DNA of 64,000 nt, taken from contig NC_068983.1 in NCBI RefSeq assembly GCF_001194135.2, positions 25,237,921 through 25,301,920 of the forward strand, written 5' to 3'. Shown piece after piece: positions 13,299 to 26,677 of the stretch. The position numbers were made by a program, and so were the translations under genes. The DNA comes from Octopus bimaculoides. Lineage: Eukaryota. Positions within the stretch are counted from its first letter, which is position 1; each line of letters begins with the position of its first letter. The notes beneath the pieces were generated by a model. The model had not been told where the DNA came from. It saw only the letters and a program-made list of their open reading frames with translations, and made no database searches.

Positions 13299-13845
13299 GT
13301 GTGAGAGCAGCGCATGCCATCAAAGTATCACTGGGGTACAAGTATATGAAGCCCAATATAGCCATCATGACTATCCGTCTGATAAGAGTACACGAGGTAC
13401 ATGCATCACAACCATATGTGCACGGCATGATCATCTCATATCAAAATAAACAGCGCATGACCTCGCAGGTGGAGCTCAGTTAGAATTTTTTCATATCCAG
13501 TAGTCCACCTCACTCAAGAGGTCCCTGAATAAGGTTTGTTTTCAAGATGATGAACAAAACGCCCATCTTTCCAGAGGTGAATTATCCAAAACCCAAAGAA
13601 TTCCTGTCAACACATGGCTAATATGCTCCTACTGCTCATGATTAGAGATGCACATATTGTCATCACTAGTGGACATGTTCAAGTGGTTAAGGTCAAACAA
13701 CTGACAAACAAATCTGTGGTATTGAGCAGAATATTTGGTGTAGCTCATCTTTTATATCAAGACAAAACAATGTACATGATAATACTTCCAGTCAGTTAAG
13801 ATGAGAAGCCATGAAAGTCAGTGGCTGGTACTGCAATTAGGACAC

Positions 13846-13848
<3 letters not shown>
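13299..13848 (-). mobile_element. Unclassified ~550-bp interspersed repeat embedded in (TAA)n (strand nominal)
   Basis: Flanked on both sides by (ATT)n. Homologous copy in opposite orientation at 54775-55118. No credible ORF or A/B box. Confidence 0.75.
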
Positions 13849-13909
<61 letters not shown>

Positions 13910-13910
<1 letters not shown>

Positions 13911-14062
13911 TTATGTTTGAATTTTGTTTTGCATTAATACAAGTTGGATCCAAGTCTCACCCAGAGACCTCAAGAGACAACAAGTTAGAAGTTCATGTAG
14001 GTGTTATGCCTACGGTACCATATAGAGAATGTTTAAGAAACCATAAGAAAATTATGTATTTG

Positions 14063-14067
<5 letters not shown>
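13910..14067 (-). mobile_element. Probable R4/Dong-type LINE 3' UTR fragment in (TAA)n
   Basis: Minus strand ...CTTGAGGTCTCTGGGTGAGACTTGG...CAAACATAAAA(TAA)n. Homologous to 56782-56891 (+). Dong assignment is from recall and (TAA)n context. Confidence 0.55.
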
Positions 14068-14133
<66 letters not shown>

Positions 14134-14770
14134 NNNNNNNNNNNNNNNNNNNNNNNNNNNNNNNNNNNNNNNNNNNNNNNNNNNNNNNNNNNNNNNNNNN
14201 NNNNNNNNNNNNNNNNNNNNNNNNNNNNNNNNNNNNNNNNNNNNNNNNNNNNNNNNNNNNNNNNNNNNNNNNNNNNNNNNNNNNNNNNNNNNNNNNNNNN
14301 NNNNNNNNNNNNNNNNNNNNNNNNNNNNNNNNNNNNNNNNNNNNNNNNNNNNNNNNNNNNNNNNNNNNNNNNNNNNNNNNNNNNNNNNNNNNNNNNNNNN
14401 NNNNNNNNNNNNNNNNNNNNNNNNNNNNNNNNNNNNNNNNNNNNNNNNNNNNNNNNNNNNNNNNNNNNNNNNNNNNNNNNNNNNNNNNNNNNNNNNNNNN
14501 NNNNNNNNNNNNNNNNNNNNNNNNNNNNNNNNNNNNNNNNNNNNNNNNNNNNNNNNNNNNNNNNNNNNNNNNNNNNNNNNNNNNNNNNNNNNNNNNNNNN
14601 NNNNNNNNNNNNNNNNNNNNNNNNNNNNNNNNNNNNNNNNNNNNNNNNNNNNNNNNNNNNNNNNNNNNNNNNNNNNNNNNNNNNNNNNNNNNNNNNNNNN
14701 NNNNNNNNNNNNNNNNNNNNNNNNNNNNNNNNNNNNNNNNNNNNNNNNNNNNNNNNNNNNNNNNNNNNNN

Positions 14771-14807
<37 letters not shown>

Positions 14808-17800
14808 ACATCAGCTTTTCATTGTCCAATGTATCATCCTGTACATAGAACGCAAATGATTCCAGGGATTTGACTGCTAGTTCTCGCAGGTTGAGCAACC
14901 TCATACAAGTTATATCTTTCGCTCAAATAAATTCATGTACATATTACTAGATAAATTCCTTGGAAATGTGAATGGCGAACCAATATTGGCTTCTTTATTT
15001 ACTGTAAGACACTAATAATTTTAATGCATTTCTGTCTGATGTATTTAAAAAAATTTCTTCAGTCTAAAATACCACAAAGTAACTATCTTCTAATGAGTTA
15101 ATAATCTTGAGTTCAATCAAAATCGTGTAACTATATATTCACTCAAGAAAGTCATTTGCGTATCTTTATGCATGCGTAAATATGTAAATTTTGTGCGTCT
15201 GTGTAAACAACGTGTATTGCAATACATCTGTCAACTTTCTGAATATAACACGTGTTTACATCCTCCTTTCCTTATGAGATACTCTGAATATATTTGATAA
15301 ATATAACATCGACAATTTATACAGAGAACTATTTATATCTCATATTTTTATTTATATTCTGGTCAATATAATTACGAAAATAGAGAATACAAAAAAAGAA
15401 CTGTTAATGAACCTAAACCATATATAATTCATATCTATCTTGACAAAAAGCGATATCAATCTCTAGTTTTCGATCTTTATTTCTTCATTGAAGACAGTGA
15501 ACTATTCTTGTTAGTCAGTCTTCATAAAGTGAAACCGCAAAGAGCAGGTACCTATTATCGTTGCCTATTAACATTGACAGTTCACATTAGTGGTTAGGTT
15601 ATTTCTGAACTAGTCTGTGACAAGAGGTCAGCCCATGTCATAAGATCACTAAAGAAAAATCAGAGACCGATTCTTTTTTTCCGATAGCATCATTCAAACT
15701 GATGTCCGAAACCATTTTTACACTGGAACATTTGTACGATTATATATGTATTTTCCAACCTACACTATCACAGAATCATCATACTCTTTCTCATCAGTAA
15801 GTACTAATTTTTATATATCGAATTTCTACAGTAACACACATAGAAGTATGTATTCTAATGCTAGAACTGGGATTATTATACAACATTAAAGCAGTTATTT
15901 GGTGACTTTAGTTACTTCTATAACACTAAGCTTTTATAAAAAAAAAAAAGACAAACTTCCGAGAGCGAAGAAAAAGCAAAATGCTTGAATGCCTCTATAA
16001 CTGTCTTGCAATAATTTGTAAGTTCCCGTTAGGTTCAGAGTTCAAATCATACCTTTCTCATGAAGACCAATATAGTATGTTTTGTACCAGATCAATTAAC
16101 TCAACAGTAATTTCGTTTTTCAAATTTCTGACCCTAATTCAATGTAAGAACTGTCTTTTTACTATGAAAAAACTGTCGTTTTACTATGTAAGAACTGTCA
16201 TTTTACTTCAATTATGTTATGTAACCCGCGATATTACTACAACTGGAATTCTGTAGATAATCAGAATCTGTAGAGCGAGGGGCAAATCATCTTGAGATAT
16301 ATAGTCGCATCCATTTATTTTTTAGTTCAAAATACGTCAAGACCAAAAGAGCCTCACAGAGTCATGTACATGTGGCATTGCGTTCATATAAGTGCATGAT
16401 ATTAGTAGCACCACCTCTACTTTACCCTTCCAGTAAATGGATATTCGTCGGTTTCACTGATGGCGATTAACTGAACGTTGAATTAGCGAGCTGAGTATTC
16501 GGCAGCCACATCTACGATTAAATGTAAATTTTAGGAGGAATCAGTGGGACACAGTATGTGACAAGGTAGTATTTTAAAGTGTAGACATAACTCATCGAAC
16601 ATGCTCCTGCACAGTTTCCGTCAGCCACATTTCATTCACAGGCTTCAATCAATCAAAGACATAGTAAAGGATACCTACCATAGATGTGTTGCGGGATGGA
16701 ACTGGAAATCTAATGATTACGAAGAAAACTATCATTCGACGCTGCTGCATCGAATTGCTCATTTATACTCTTGATTTACTAGTATTATTACTAAACAGAA
16801 CAATCTTCACCTCCAGTTTTATTCTGACAGTGATTATTTGTGAATGCATCGGCTAGTTTGCATCTGTTGATATTTCTAAATTTAGTAATACAGCTTTTAT
16901 ACTTACCGACTTAGTATATATCTCTATTACATTTACAATATAGGCGCCGTAAAGGAGATATATTTGAAGCAGCTGTAATTGTCTATCTACAATGTAGGAA
17001 ATTTCTGCTTAACCAAGTGGAATGATCCCAAACCAATGTAATCACATAGCCATTGTCTGTATTCTTAAAATGTGACCATAATCTAACAAAAAGTTTGTTT
17101 ATTTATTTAGTGTTAGATCTATCGTCCAAAACATTTCAAGACGTTTACAACCAACAGTGGATTACCTCCATTATTATGCCGTTGAAAATTTTTTTATGCT
17201 GTACGTAGGAACACACATGCTCGTGTGGTACAGGAGTTCGTTCTTATTCACGTGATTTCACTTTCGATATCATTGCGTAGCAGTTGGTAAAGTACTCTTT
17301 ACCGTTATATTCTGTCAACTCAAGCTATGTGAAAGAAAGTAGCTGGTAATCGTTGTTATTTCCTCCATTTCACCTCTTGTCACTGATTCCTAGCAGAGTT
17401 CAAGGGAACCACCCTATCTCAATAAACGAGGAAAATATTTGCTCCTCCTAGCATATTTTATCCGAAGTCTCCCATTTACATTTCCTGTTCAAAATACTGT
17501 TTCGATGTATTGTCTGCTTTCTTTTTCTTTGGACATTTCAGATTTCGTTTCGGAACGCATTTGGGCATATAACCCCGTCTCCACTTTTAATATTTCCTGG
17601 TCTATGCTCTATATTCATAACCAGAATAGTGACGTTCGGTTTCATTTGTCCCGAAAGCGGACGTGATAACATAATATTCTTGTTTCTTTTGTAATATTTT
17701 ACTTTACATTTTGTAAATTATCGTTCCTGTTGCTGACGTCAGCGTTCTGGTTAGCCTCAGTGCTATTGTTGATAGTACATTTTTTGTAGTGTTTCTTCGA

Positions 17801-18370
17801 CCGTGTATATATTTTGCTAGGTTATGATATTAATATGTATTTACTAATTACAGTGTTATTCGCTTTTAAAAAGGCTACCATTTCTCTTTCGCTACTATCT
17901 CTGTAACTACCATCTCTGCAGGAAATATTACCCACTTTTGTCAGTGTATAACAATATTGAATACTTAATTCTGCCAAGATAGCAGTAGCAAATATCAGTT
18001 CGTACATAGAAAACAATTCTTTCCTTAAAATGGAAAAAAAGTTACAATAATTAATAACAGTTAATACATTGCATTCCTTTATTTAATGGCAATAAAGCAC
18101 AGACATATCTCATTTTCGTCCGAAAAACAATTAGCAAATCTAACAAAATCGACTGTATCATATATCTTAATACGATAAATTCCTAGAGTATTAATTATTT
18201 TTGATATTATTAAAGAAATAATATTAATAGAAATGTACAGAAATTATTCAAATATAAATGAAAGAAATTTAAAAGAAAGCAAAAGCAAAAATTAGGCTTG
18301 TAATTTATGTGAATTCGAGCTTCATTTTGCAGACAAAAACCCATTAAAACGAGAGATGCTGCTGCTACTG

Positions 18371-18441
<71 letters not shown>

Positions 18442-18451
18442 NNNNNNNNNN

Positions 18452-18520
<69 letters not shown>

Positions 18521-19639
18521 CATTATTATTATTATTAGTGTCATAAGCAAAGCGAACTGAAGATTGAAACGAATTAAACAAACCAAAAATTTTTGAATTG
18601 TAAACAATTCATTTAACGTATGTATCTGTTATCCAGTTTGTAATCGGCGTAAGTGGAAAATGATAGCCATTTCTGCAAAAAAAGATGACGAAAATCATGA
18701 CGGGCAACTGCGTAATTAACAGTTATATTATCAATTAATTTTGGGTCCATATAAACATAACCTCATAAATCTGATTGTGCCCGGCGATCAGACATCGTAT
18801 GGAAACAAATTATCAGAGAATAGTTCCCATCATCATGAAACCAATAGTAAATAATCCTTAGAGAACAGTAGCATTCAAGTCAATGAAAGCGCATAACCTA
18901 GAGCTGTGCAGTGTATGCTTGAACAAGGAACTTCATATCACTTAATGCAGTTCACTTATCTTAATCTGAGTACCAACAGCAGATGATGGTGGTAATCTTG
19001 TGACAAATTTGTGTCAGATTTGAGGTCATTCGTACTCTCAGTCGTTTCACGTCAAAATGAAACCATAATAGTCTTTTGCCCAATGTACAACTGAAAATAG
19101 ATCCGAAGTACATTTTTAACCTGTTAACAATCAGATCAGCCTAGGGTTGATAAACGGTTGTGTATTTTTCGTCTAATATGTAAGTTTAAAAAAATGATCC
19201 GCCCTGAATTCGGCATCTCCAAAACCGAAATATGTTTGCAGCCATCGGTGACAATGATGGTATTCAAAATTTACACATCTTAAAATTTAAACAGAAAAGG
19301 ACTGAAGAGGTAAAAACAAAAAGAAATTCTTTCTTCTGCATGTGTATGATCGTTTATGAAATGTCACACTTCAAGCCAACAAATATATCTATCCCAATCC
19401 AACGACATATCATAGAAACCAGGTAAATGAATATATAATAACTTTCAAATGTGAAGCAGAACCAAATTCAAGGAAAACAGAAGAATTCTTGAGAATGAGA
19501 TGAAGAACGAATGAATCAACATGGGAGAATTCTCTAAATCAAGGAAAACAGCAACTGAAAAATAAGTGGTCATAACAACACAAGACCAGTCACTAAAGAA
19601 TAAAGAAAGAAATAAAAGTAAAGGACCGAAGATAAAATC

Positions 19640-21150
19640 ACAAAAAATCGCACTGACAGAGGCGTTTAATAAATACAGAGTTGGAGGCACCTAACCGTTG
19701 CACTAGGAGAAAAAAGATTTAACCTTCAAGATTATAGAAACAGCAAACTCTAAAACACATGTTGCTTTCTTACAACTTCTAAAACCTTAAATGCATTGTT
19801 AGTGAGAATGAATCTGGAGAAGATACATAGCTGTGCTTAAATGAATAGAAACTTTGTTACACAGACTCTTGGGCTTGCAAAATGCAATTGCTTCTCTATA
19901 AAACTATAACGGACTGTAGAAAGATAAAGAGTCTCACTATAATACGGAAACGATTACCAACACGTTTTATAGTGCCCCGTACTCGTGTGTCCTGGAAAAA
20001 TTAATGATAATAATGATAAATTGACGCATTAAAGAAACATCATTAATGACAAACAATTTGAAGGATACAGAGAAAAGAATTAATTATAAAATCTAATTCT
20101 ATCTCTAAAAGAACCCTATACCATTTCCATTTGGCATTTAGGCAGTTGATGAACTATTAACCAAATTATACTTAGATGCAGCTGCTATAGCAAGACAGTC
20201 AACCACCTCTTCTATATGGGTGATATCAAACTGATAACGATTAGAAACACTGTTCCAGACAGTTAACACACCATTGATGCGCTAGACGATTTAGTTTAAG
20301 ATCCGGATTAGAAAAATACGATAAAGTTACACTGATGACAGAAAAATTGAGTAAATACATTAATAACATACTAGATAAAATAAGAGTGATAAGAAAAATA
20401 GATTAAACACTGACATAAAAATACTTAGAAATCTATTAGCTAGACAGCATACCACAAATACAAATAAAAGATGAGAAAAGTATAATGTAGATGCATAAGA
20501 TAACTGCTTAAGACTGAACTAAATGAAAAATAAATAAATGAGGTCATAGGCGTCCATTTTCTTGCAATACCAGTAATAATTTGTAGTTGTAATATTCTTA
20601 GCTTGACATTAAACGAACTAGACTAGGAAGATTAGAGTGAAATAAAAATAGAAGACAAGAGAGTAACAATTGAACTTAGAATTTAAAAAAAAAAACTTTT
20701 GGTATAACACAAGCACACGTAATGAGGAGCCAAATGCTAACTCAAATGCATTGAAACATACCTGCTCCAATATTACCACGATTACCACGAAAGGATGATG
20801 AAAACCCAATGCAGATAACTAAAATCACGTAGAAAACTAAGATGAAGAATAAGACTATTCAACTCTAAAAAGATAAATATTGCGCAAAATATATAAAATC
20901 TGACAGTCATTTATGAGGAGAAAGAATAAACAAAACTAGAAAAAACAAAACAACCAAAAAACTGTTAATAAGTTAAAAAGTAAGTCAATCATTGCGTTAT
21001 AATGTGCCATGCTAAAGTCATGACGAAGCGTCTCTAAATGTCAGATACACGTAAAACAATAGAAAAACAAAAAAGTAAGAGTGTGGAAATTGACAAAATA
21101 AAATCGCAACACAGGTTGACAAATACAAGATCCTAAACATAGGGTGAAGT
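19640..21150 (+). mobile_element. Highly degenerate R4/Dong-type LINE (RT to RLE)
   Basis: Collinear decayed motifs: CFLTTSKTL (~CLPTTYK), SWACKMQLLL (~GCKDQLL), TFYSAPYSCVLE (~AFDSVPHSWILE), NHLFYMGDIKL (~NHLLFMDDLKL), GLEKY (~GLDKC), DKYKIL (~EKYxDL). Confidence 0.6.
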
Positions 21151-22498
21151 AATTTATATTTCCATATAAGAGAACAGTTACCGTTCACGATTAAAATTGT
21201 ATTACAATAATCATCTTTAGATTATGTTGAGATTGGGAAGACTGTTAAAACTTACACTGAGGTTGGGAATAATTGCTTGTGATCTTTCAAATCAGAACCT
21301 TTCTGGTATCAATTTAAAGAAAAGAACGACTCCGAAGAAATGGAAAATTGGCCCCGGCAACGTTTGAAATCTGTACCTAAATGAAGATTACACAAAACGG
21401 TAAGTTATTGTGCCTGTTACTTTACTAATTTCGCCAACCCAATATACTATGTTTCACAGCATCCAAGACCTTCGAAAACCTTAATAACGATAATTCTTAA
21501 TATTGGCACAGTGACAAAAATTTCTAAAGGATAGATGAGTCAATTATATCGGCTCATGTAATTTTCTGGTACTTATTTCATCTAATCCAAAGAAAAAAAA
21601 ATGCAAAAATACAACGAAAAATTCAAAAGAAAACAAAAAACGAAAATAAAAAGTAATATTGACACACGCTAATTTTGACGAGAAAAGAATAACAGCACGT
21701 AACCAATAGCCCTGATATATTTTTTGTCCATCTTCCTATTGATCCTGTGAATCTACAGAATATACTGATTTCCATCCACTATCGTTGATAATAATACTGA
21801 TAATAATAATAAACATATATTTCAAAACATTAACAGGGGTCATAGATAGGTCTTCGTGGATAATATAAAAAGGAACGAATTTACAATGTAAGGCATTGTT
21901 ATTTGAAATAAATGAATAAAATAAAATAACAAAATAAATGTATCTATCATCACTATTTAGCATAGATTTCTATAGACCTCTATAGAGATCAACTTCTTTA
22001 GTTTTTATTAGCCAACAATGTCAGGGCCATTAGGGAGTACCATCGCCTTGAATTTGATAGCATAATTGTTATATTTACGGTTAAAACATTTATTAAAAAA
22101 AAGAAAACATTTGGCACATTTCCAAAAATTTATTTGGATTACATGGTATGAGTAATCTTTCTAAAAAAAAAAAAAACATCCCTCTCAAGTTTCAAACCTT
22201 TATGTGTTTTATGAAGAGGTTAGATATAATGTAATAATGCATAGCAACACATGCGTGATGTGATATAAATACGTGTGTTAATATGTGTGTATATTCTCAC
22301 ACTCACCCACACATACACACGCAAATATATATATTCACATATGTATGTACTATTATATGCATATATATAAGCATATAACACACACACATACATATATGTA
22401 TTTGTAAATGCTTGTATATTTATTTCTGCTACACAAATCTATAGAAATGCGGGTATATATATGCATGCAAATGCATTCTTAACAGATACAATATATAC

Positions 22499-22560
<62 letters not shown>

Positions 22561-24137
22561 GTGTGTGAGAGAGAGTGTGTGTATGTATGTATGCATCTAT
22601 GTATATATGTGAGCATGTATGCACATATATATAAATCAGTGATTTTATGCTGTCGTTACTTGTTCATTACCTATCAGAGGTCTGTGTTCCATGAAAAACG
22701 GACCCAATTTTGGAACTTAGCCCAAAAATATTCTACGGAATTATATTTATCTAGCACTCCTTACTGGATATCACTACGTAAAAGGAATAATAAAGAATGA
22801 AGGCTGCCAGTGGCACGCAATTAAACAATTCAACGCTTTCTGTAATTTTATTTCTATTTTTAACATTTATTGTGTATGAAATTATATTACACATCACGAA
22901 CATACAAACATGCAAATATATACATTAATGCCTACGTTATTTCGTTTAAGGCCATTTATTGTAACTATCATAAATTCTTTTCCTAATCGCCTTTAAAGTC
23001 AATAAACTTATATAAACTTTTGTTATGCTATCATATATTTAAATGCAAGAAAAAGAACTAAATTTAAATATTTGTAACAGGCTTTTAGGATCGAAAAAGA
23101 AGGAAGAACTATAGAAGTTTATAGAATGTGTCCGAAGAACGGAGAAACGATAGGTCTCAAACTCTTGAGACCTATGTTTTCTCTGAAAACCCCAACGGTA
23201 AAAGAACCAATGGTGTTGCGATGCAAAACGAGTTTATTTTGGTAGTGGATTGGAGAAGGCCAACGTTCCACATAAGTGGAACCATCTAACGCCAACCATC
23301 TAATGACATTTTACTCGCAGCAGATGATATTCAGGACGCAAACAGAACACCAGTGATATCATACAACCACAAGAGCGGCAATAGCAACAACAACTGCAAT
23401 ATTAAAATTGAAACAGCCATTGCAGCAAGACACGTGACAGAAAACGTAACAGCAACAGAACAAATGTTGTACTCACATCAGCATCACTAACTATCATTAA
23501 TAACACCAAGAAAAGATCTCATGATTATAACAACAACAACATCAACAACAACAAAAAGATCTAGTTCAGTGTCTAAATATTACTGACATTTGGAGTTTCA
23601 GAGTTCAACTATTGTCATATGCAGGGCGGATCAGAGTGAAGATAATTTCTGCCTAATTTCTTTAGGTTAAAGGGGTAGGCTCTTTTCGTATGTGTGAAGG
23701 AATCTGTAAAAAAATTGCATGTTGGACACAAAGTATTTAAGTGAGACGAAGTGAAGACAGAGGCGCTGTCTCAATAAATTTGCTGAATGTTGGATGAGAC
23801 GATGTATATTGTCTGAGAAAAAGGGTCTGTAACATCACTTATTTGTAGGCGAGAAAATGATAATTGTGATGTAGAACTCTTCTCATATGATCAGACTGAT
23901 CCATGATGTGGGGCGTCGATGATTGACCTCCTAAGTAAAGCTTTCTCTCTTCCGAATACTCTTATATTTTAGTTATACAGATGATTTTATTCATGTTTTG
24001 CATATTTTTCATAAGTCCCTTCAATTTATGAATTTCATTCTCTCCTTTTAACTGCGTCTTTTCTGGGGAATTCTCACAAGAAAAGAGCCGATTATCATTA
24101 TTATTATTATTATTATTAATAGTAATATAGTAAGGCG

Positions 24138-24312
24138 TGACAGATAGATTCGTTAGAACTTCGGGTAAGTTGCTCAGCAATATTTTGACCGTCTTCACGT
24201 TCGAATCCCGCCCAAGTAGAATTTACCTTTCATCTCTTCGGCGTGTAGCGACGGGAGAAATACCTCAAAGCATTTCGTCCGGCGCACTAACGATTATGCC
24301 TGCTCACCGCCT

Positions 24313-24313
<1 letters not shown>
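24138..24313. mobile_element. Two SINE-A 5' halves fused in inverted orientation
   Basis: ~24138-24243 reads as head plus body on +; ~24244-24313 reads as head on - (AAGCATTTCGTCCGGCGCACTAACGATTATGCC.GCTCACCGCC). Confidence 0.65.
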
Positions 24314-24344
<31 letters not shown>

Positions 24345-24347
<3 letters not shown>

Positions 24348-24740
24348 TATATTTAAGAGATGTAAAATTAAGTACATTATTTACATTATTTACACTATTT
24401 AACACAACTAGTTCTTTAACACAACGTTTCGGCTGATATACCCTCCGTTTTGAACCTGGGTTCTCAGTCCTAAGGTTTTTTTTTTGATGTTGCTATTATT
24501 ATTAAGGTCACTGCCTGGAATCGAACTCGGAATCTTGGGGTTAGTAGCCCACGCTCTTAACCATATGCTCGTGGGCAATTATGGAGTGAATTTTAGGTTT
24601 TATAAATCTAATATTCTCCTATCCGTCTTTAATACCAGTTCATATATACTGTTCATATCTGCACTCGGTCTGCTTAGTAGGTTGTTGTGTTCTAACATAT
24701 GTGCTGCTTCTTTTAGTCTTCGTATTTTCCAGTGGTACGT
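24345..24740 (-). mobile_element. Penelope-like element 3' end: GIY-YIG C-terminus, tRNA-like segment, short (AAT)n, HHR-bearing tail with CUGAUGA deleted
   Basis: Minus ORF end HWKIRRLKEAAHMLEHNNLLSRPS...* (stop 24600-24602). tRNA-like 24506-24571 with intact B box GAGTTCGATTCC. Tail homologous to 35157-35330. Confidence 0.75.
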
Positions 24741-24809
24741 ACAAAAATAAAAAGTTAGTATATTAATATTATTGATAGTAATAATAATAATATTAATAAT
24801 AATAATAAT

Positions 24810-25558
24810 AAGACCAAAGCCTCCCCACCAGAAATTACCAAAAACATATAATAAAAGGAAACATAACAAGTAACTGTAGAATATGTGGAGATGGACAAGA
24901 AACAATAAATCATATCATCTCTGGCTGCCCAATCCTGGCTAAGAAGGAATATATTCACAGACACGACAGAGCTGGGCCCTATATACATTGGAAGCTATGC
25001 CAAAACTATGGAATAACAACAGAAAAAAGATGGTATAAACACACGCCAGAAAAGGTCACAGAAAACGAGAAAGCAACTCTGGGATATGCCAATACACACA
25101 GATAGAGAAATTAAGGGAAATAGACCAGATATAGTTGTCAAAGATCATGAAGAAAAAAATGCTTTCTANNNNNNNNNNNNNNNNNNNNNNNNNNNNNNNN
25201 NNNNNNNNNNNNNNNNNNNNNNNNNNNNNNNNNNNNNNNNNNNNNNNNNNNNNNNNNNNNNNNNNNNNNNNNNNNNNNNNNNNNNNNNNNNNNNNNNNNN
25301 NNNNNNNNNNNNNNNNNNNNNNNNNNNNNNNNNNNNNNNNNNNNNNNNNNNNNNNNNNNNNNNNNNNNNNNNNNNNNNNNNNNNNNNNATATAACATACA
25401 GAAAATTACACTACTGGGTACTGCACACATCCTACGCAAAACACTTTCAATACAGTAACCATAAGAGCATCACAGCAAACCACAGCACATACCCAAGGCA
25501 CACAGAGCTGCGCTCGTCAGTGAAGTGAAAGCACGTTATAAAAATAAAACTACTGAAC

Positions 25559-25560
<2 letters not shown>
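24810..25560 (+). mobile_element. 5'-truncated R4/Dong-clade LINE (CCHC, RLE, 3' UTR) inserted in (TAA)n
   Basis: CRICGDGQETINHIISGCPILAKKEYIHRHD zinc knuckle; NRPDIVVKD (PD of the PD-D/ExK nuclease); after the gap LLGTAHILRKTLSIQ*; 3' end AACTACTGAA(CAA)(TAA)n. Confidence 0.9.
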
Positions 25561-25614
<54 letters not shown>

Positions 25615-25762
25615 TGATAGGCATTTTATCCTTTCTGTTCGATAAATTAAGTACCAGTTGAGTACTCGGATAGATATAATCCACTTAACCTCTCCCTACA
25701 AATTTCAGGTCTTATTATTACTATTCTTCTTCATATTGTTCAAAATAGAACTACTGAACAAC

Positions 25763-25813
<51 letters not shown>

Positions 25814-26100
25814 TTGATAAATATGGAGACCTGAGAATTGGGATCGTTGTGGCGGCTTCAAAAGTCAAACCTGAAGGTTATTCTATTGTTATCGGAGCAT
25901 TGGGTTCTATACCACCCAATCTGAAAAACATCTGAAAACTTTAGAAACACCCTGCAGTCTAAGTGCACGCATATTTCGCAAAGTACTATCTGTCTGAGGT
26001 CCTTGTGACTTGACAAACAGTACAGACCCTCGGTAGATACAATATCTTCAATCAACAATCTCACGATATTGTATACTCCGTGACGTCTACAAAAACAAAA
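25814..26100 (+). mobile_element. 3' end of a second RLE LINE family, flanked by (TAA)n
   Basis: DKYGDLRIGI...IVIGALGSIPPNLKKHLKTL...ARIFRKVLSV* (with frameshift), homologous to the RLE C-terminal IVIGALG...ILRKVL pattern; different 3' UTR. Confidence 0.65.
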
Positions 26101-26120
26101 ATAATCATCATAATAATAAT

Positions 26121-26332
26121 AAGAAGAATAGTAATAATAAGACCTGAAATTTGTAGGGAGAGGTTCAGTCGATTATATATATCCGAGTACTCAACTGGTA
26201 CTTAATTTATCGAACAGAAAGGATAAAATGCTAAGTCGACCTCGGTGGAATTTGAAATCAGAATGTAGCGACGGGCGAAATAATGCTAAGCATTCCGTCC
26301 GGCGTGCTAAGGATACTGCCAGCTCGCCGTCC
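26121..26332 (-). mobile_element. tRNA-derived SINE family A
   Basis: Full head-to-tail match to other copies; flanked by (TAA)n and (GTA)n. Confidence 0.9.
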
Positions 26333-26396
<64 letters not shown>

Positions 26397-26397
26397 T

Positions 26398-26434
<37 letters not shown>

Positions 26435-26586
26435 TAATAATAATAATAAATTTTAATATTAAAATGTACCAGCTGTACAATACACATACACACATTGATG
26501 CTACTTACGTAAAGTGTCACAAAGATAATTTGACAATTATGATAGCAACACTAAAGAATGCAGTAAATTTTGCAAACTTCCGAACA

Positions 26587-26677
<91 letters not shown>

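Noticed and set aside
17400-18016. Possible LINE endonuclease remnant or exon on the minus strand
   Set aside because: Only a GDF tripeptide resemblance; frames are interrupted.
23300-24090. CAA/CAG-rich tract and 78-aa minus ORF
   Set aside because: Decayed low-complexity sequence; the ORF starts inside the fused SINE and crosses (TAA)n.
24506-24571. Possible genuine tRNA gene (also the heads at 35538, 53014, 57781)
   Set aside because: Acceptor and anticodon stems pair poorly, boxes are partly deleted, and each is embedded in a multi-copy repeat.
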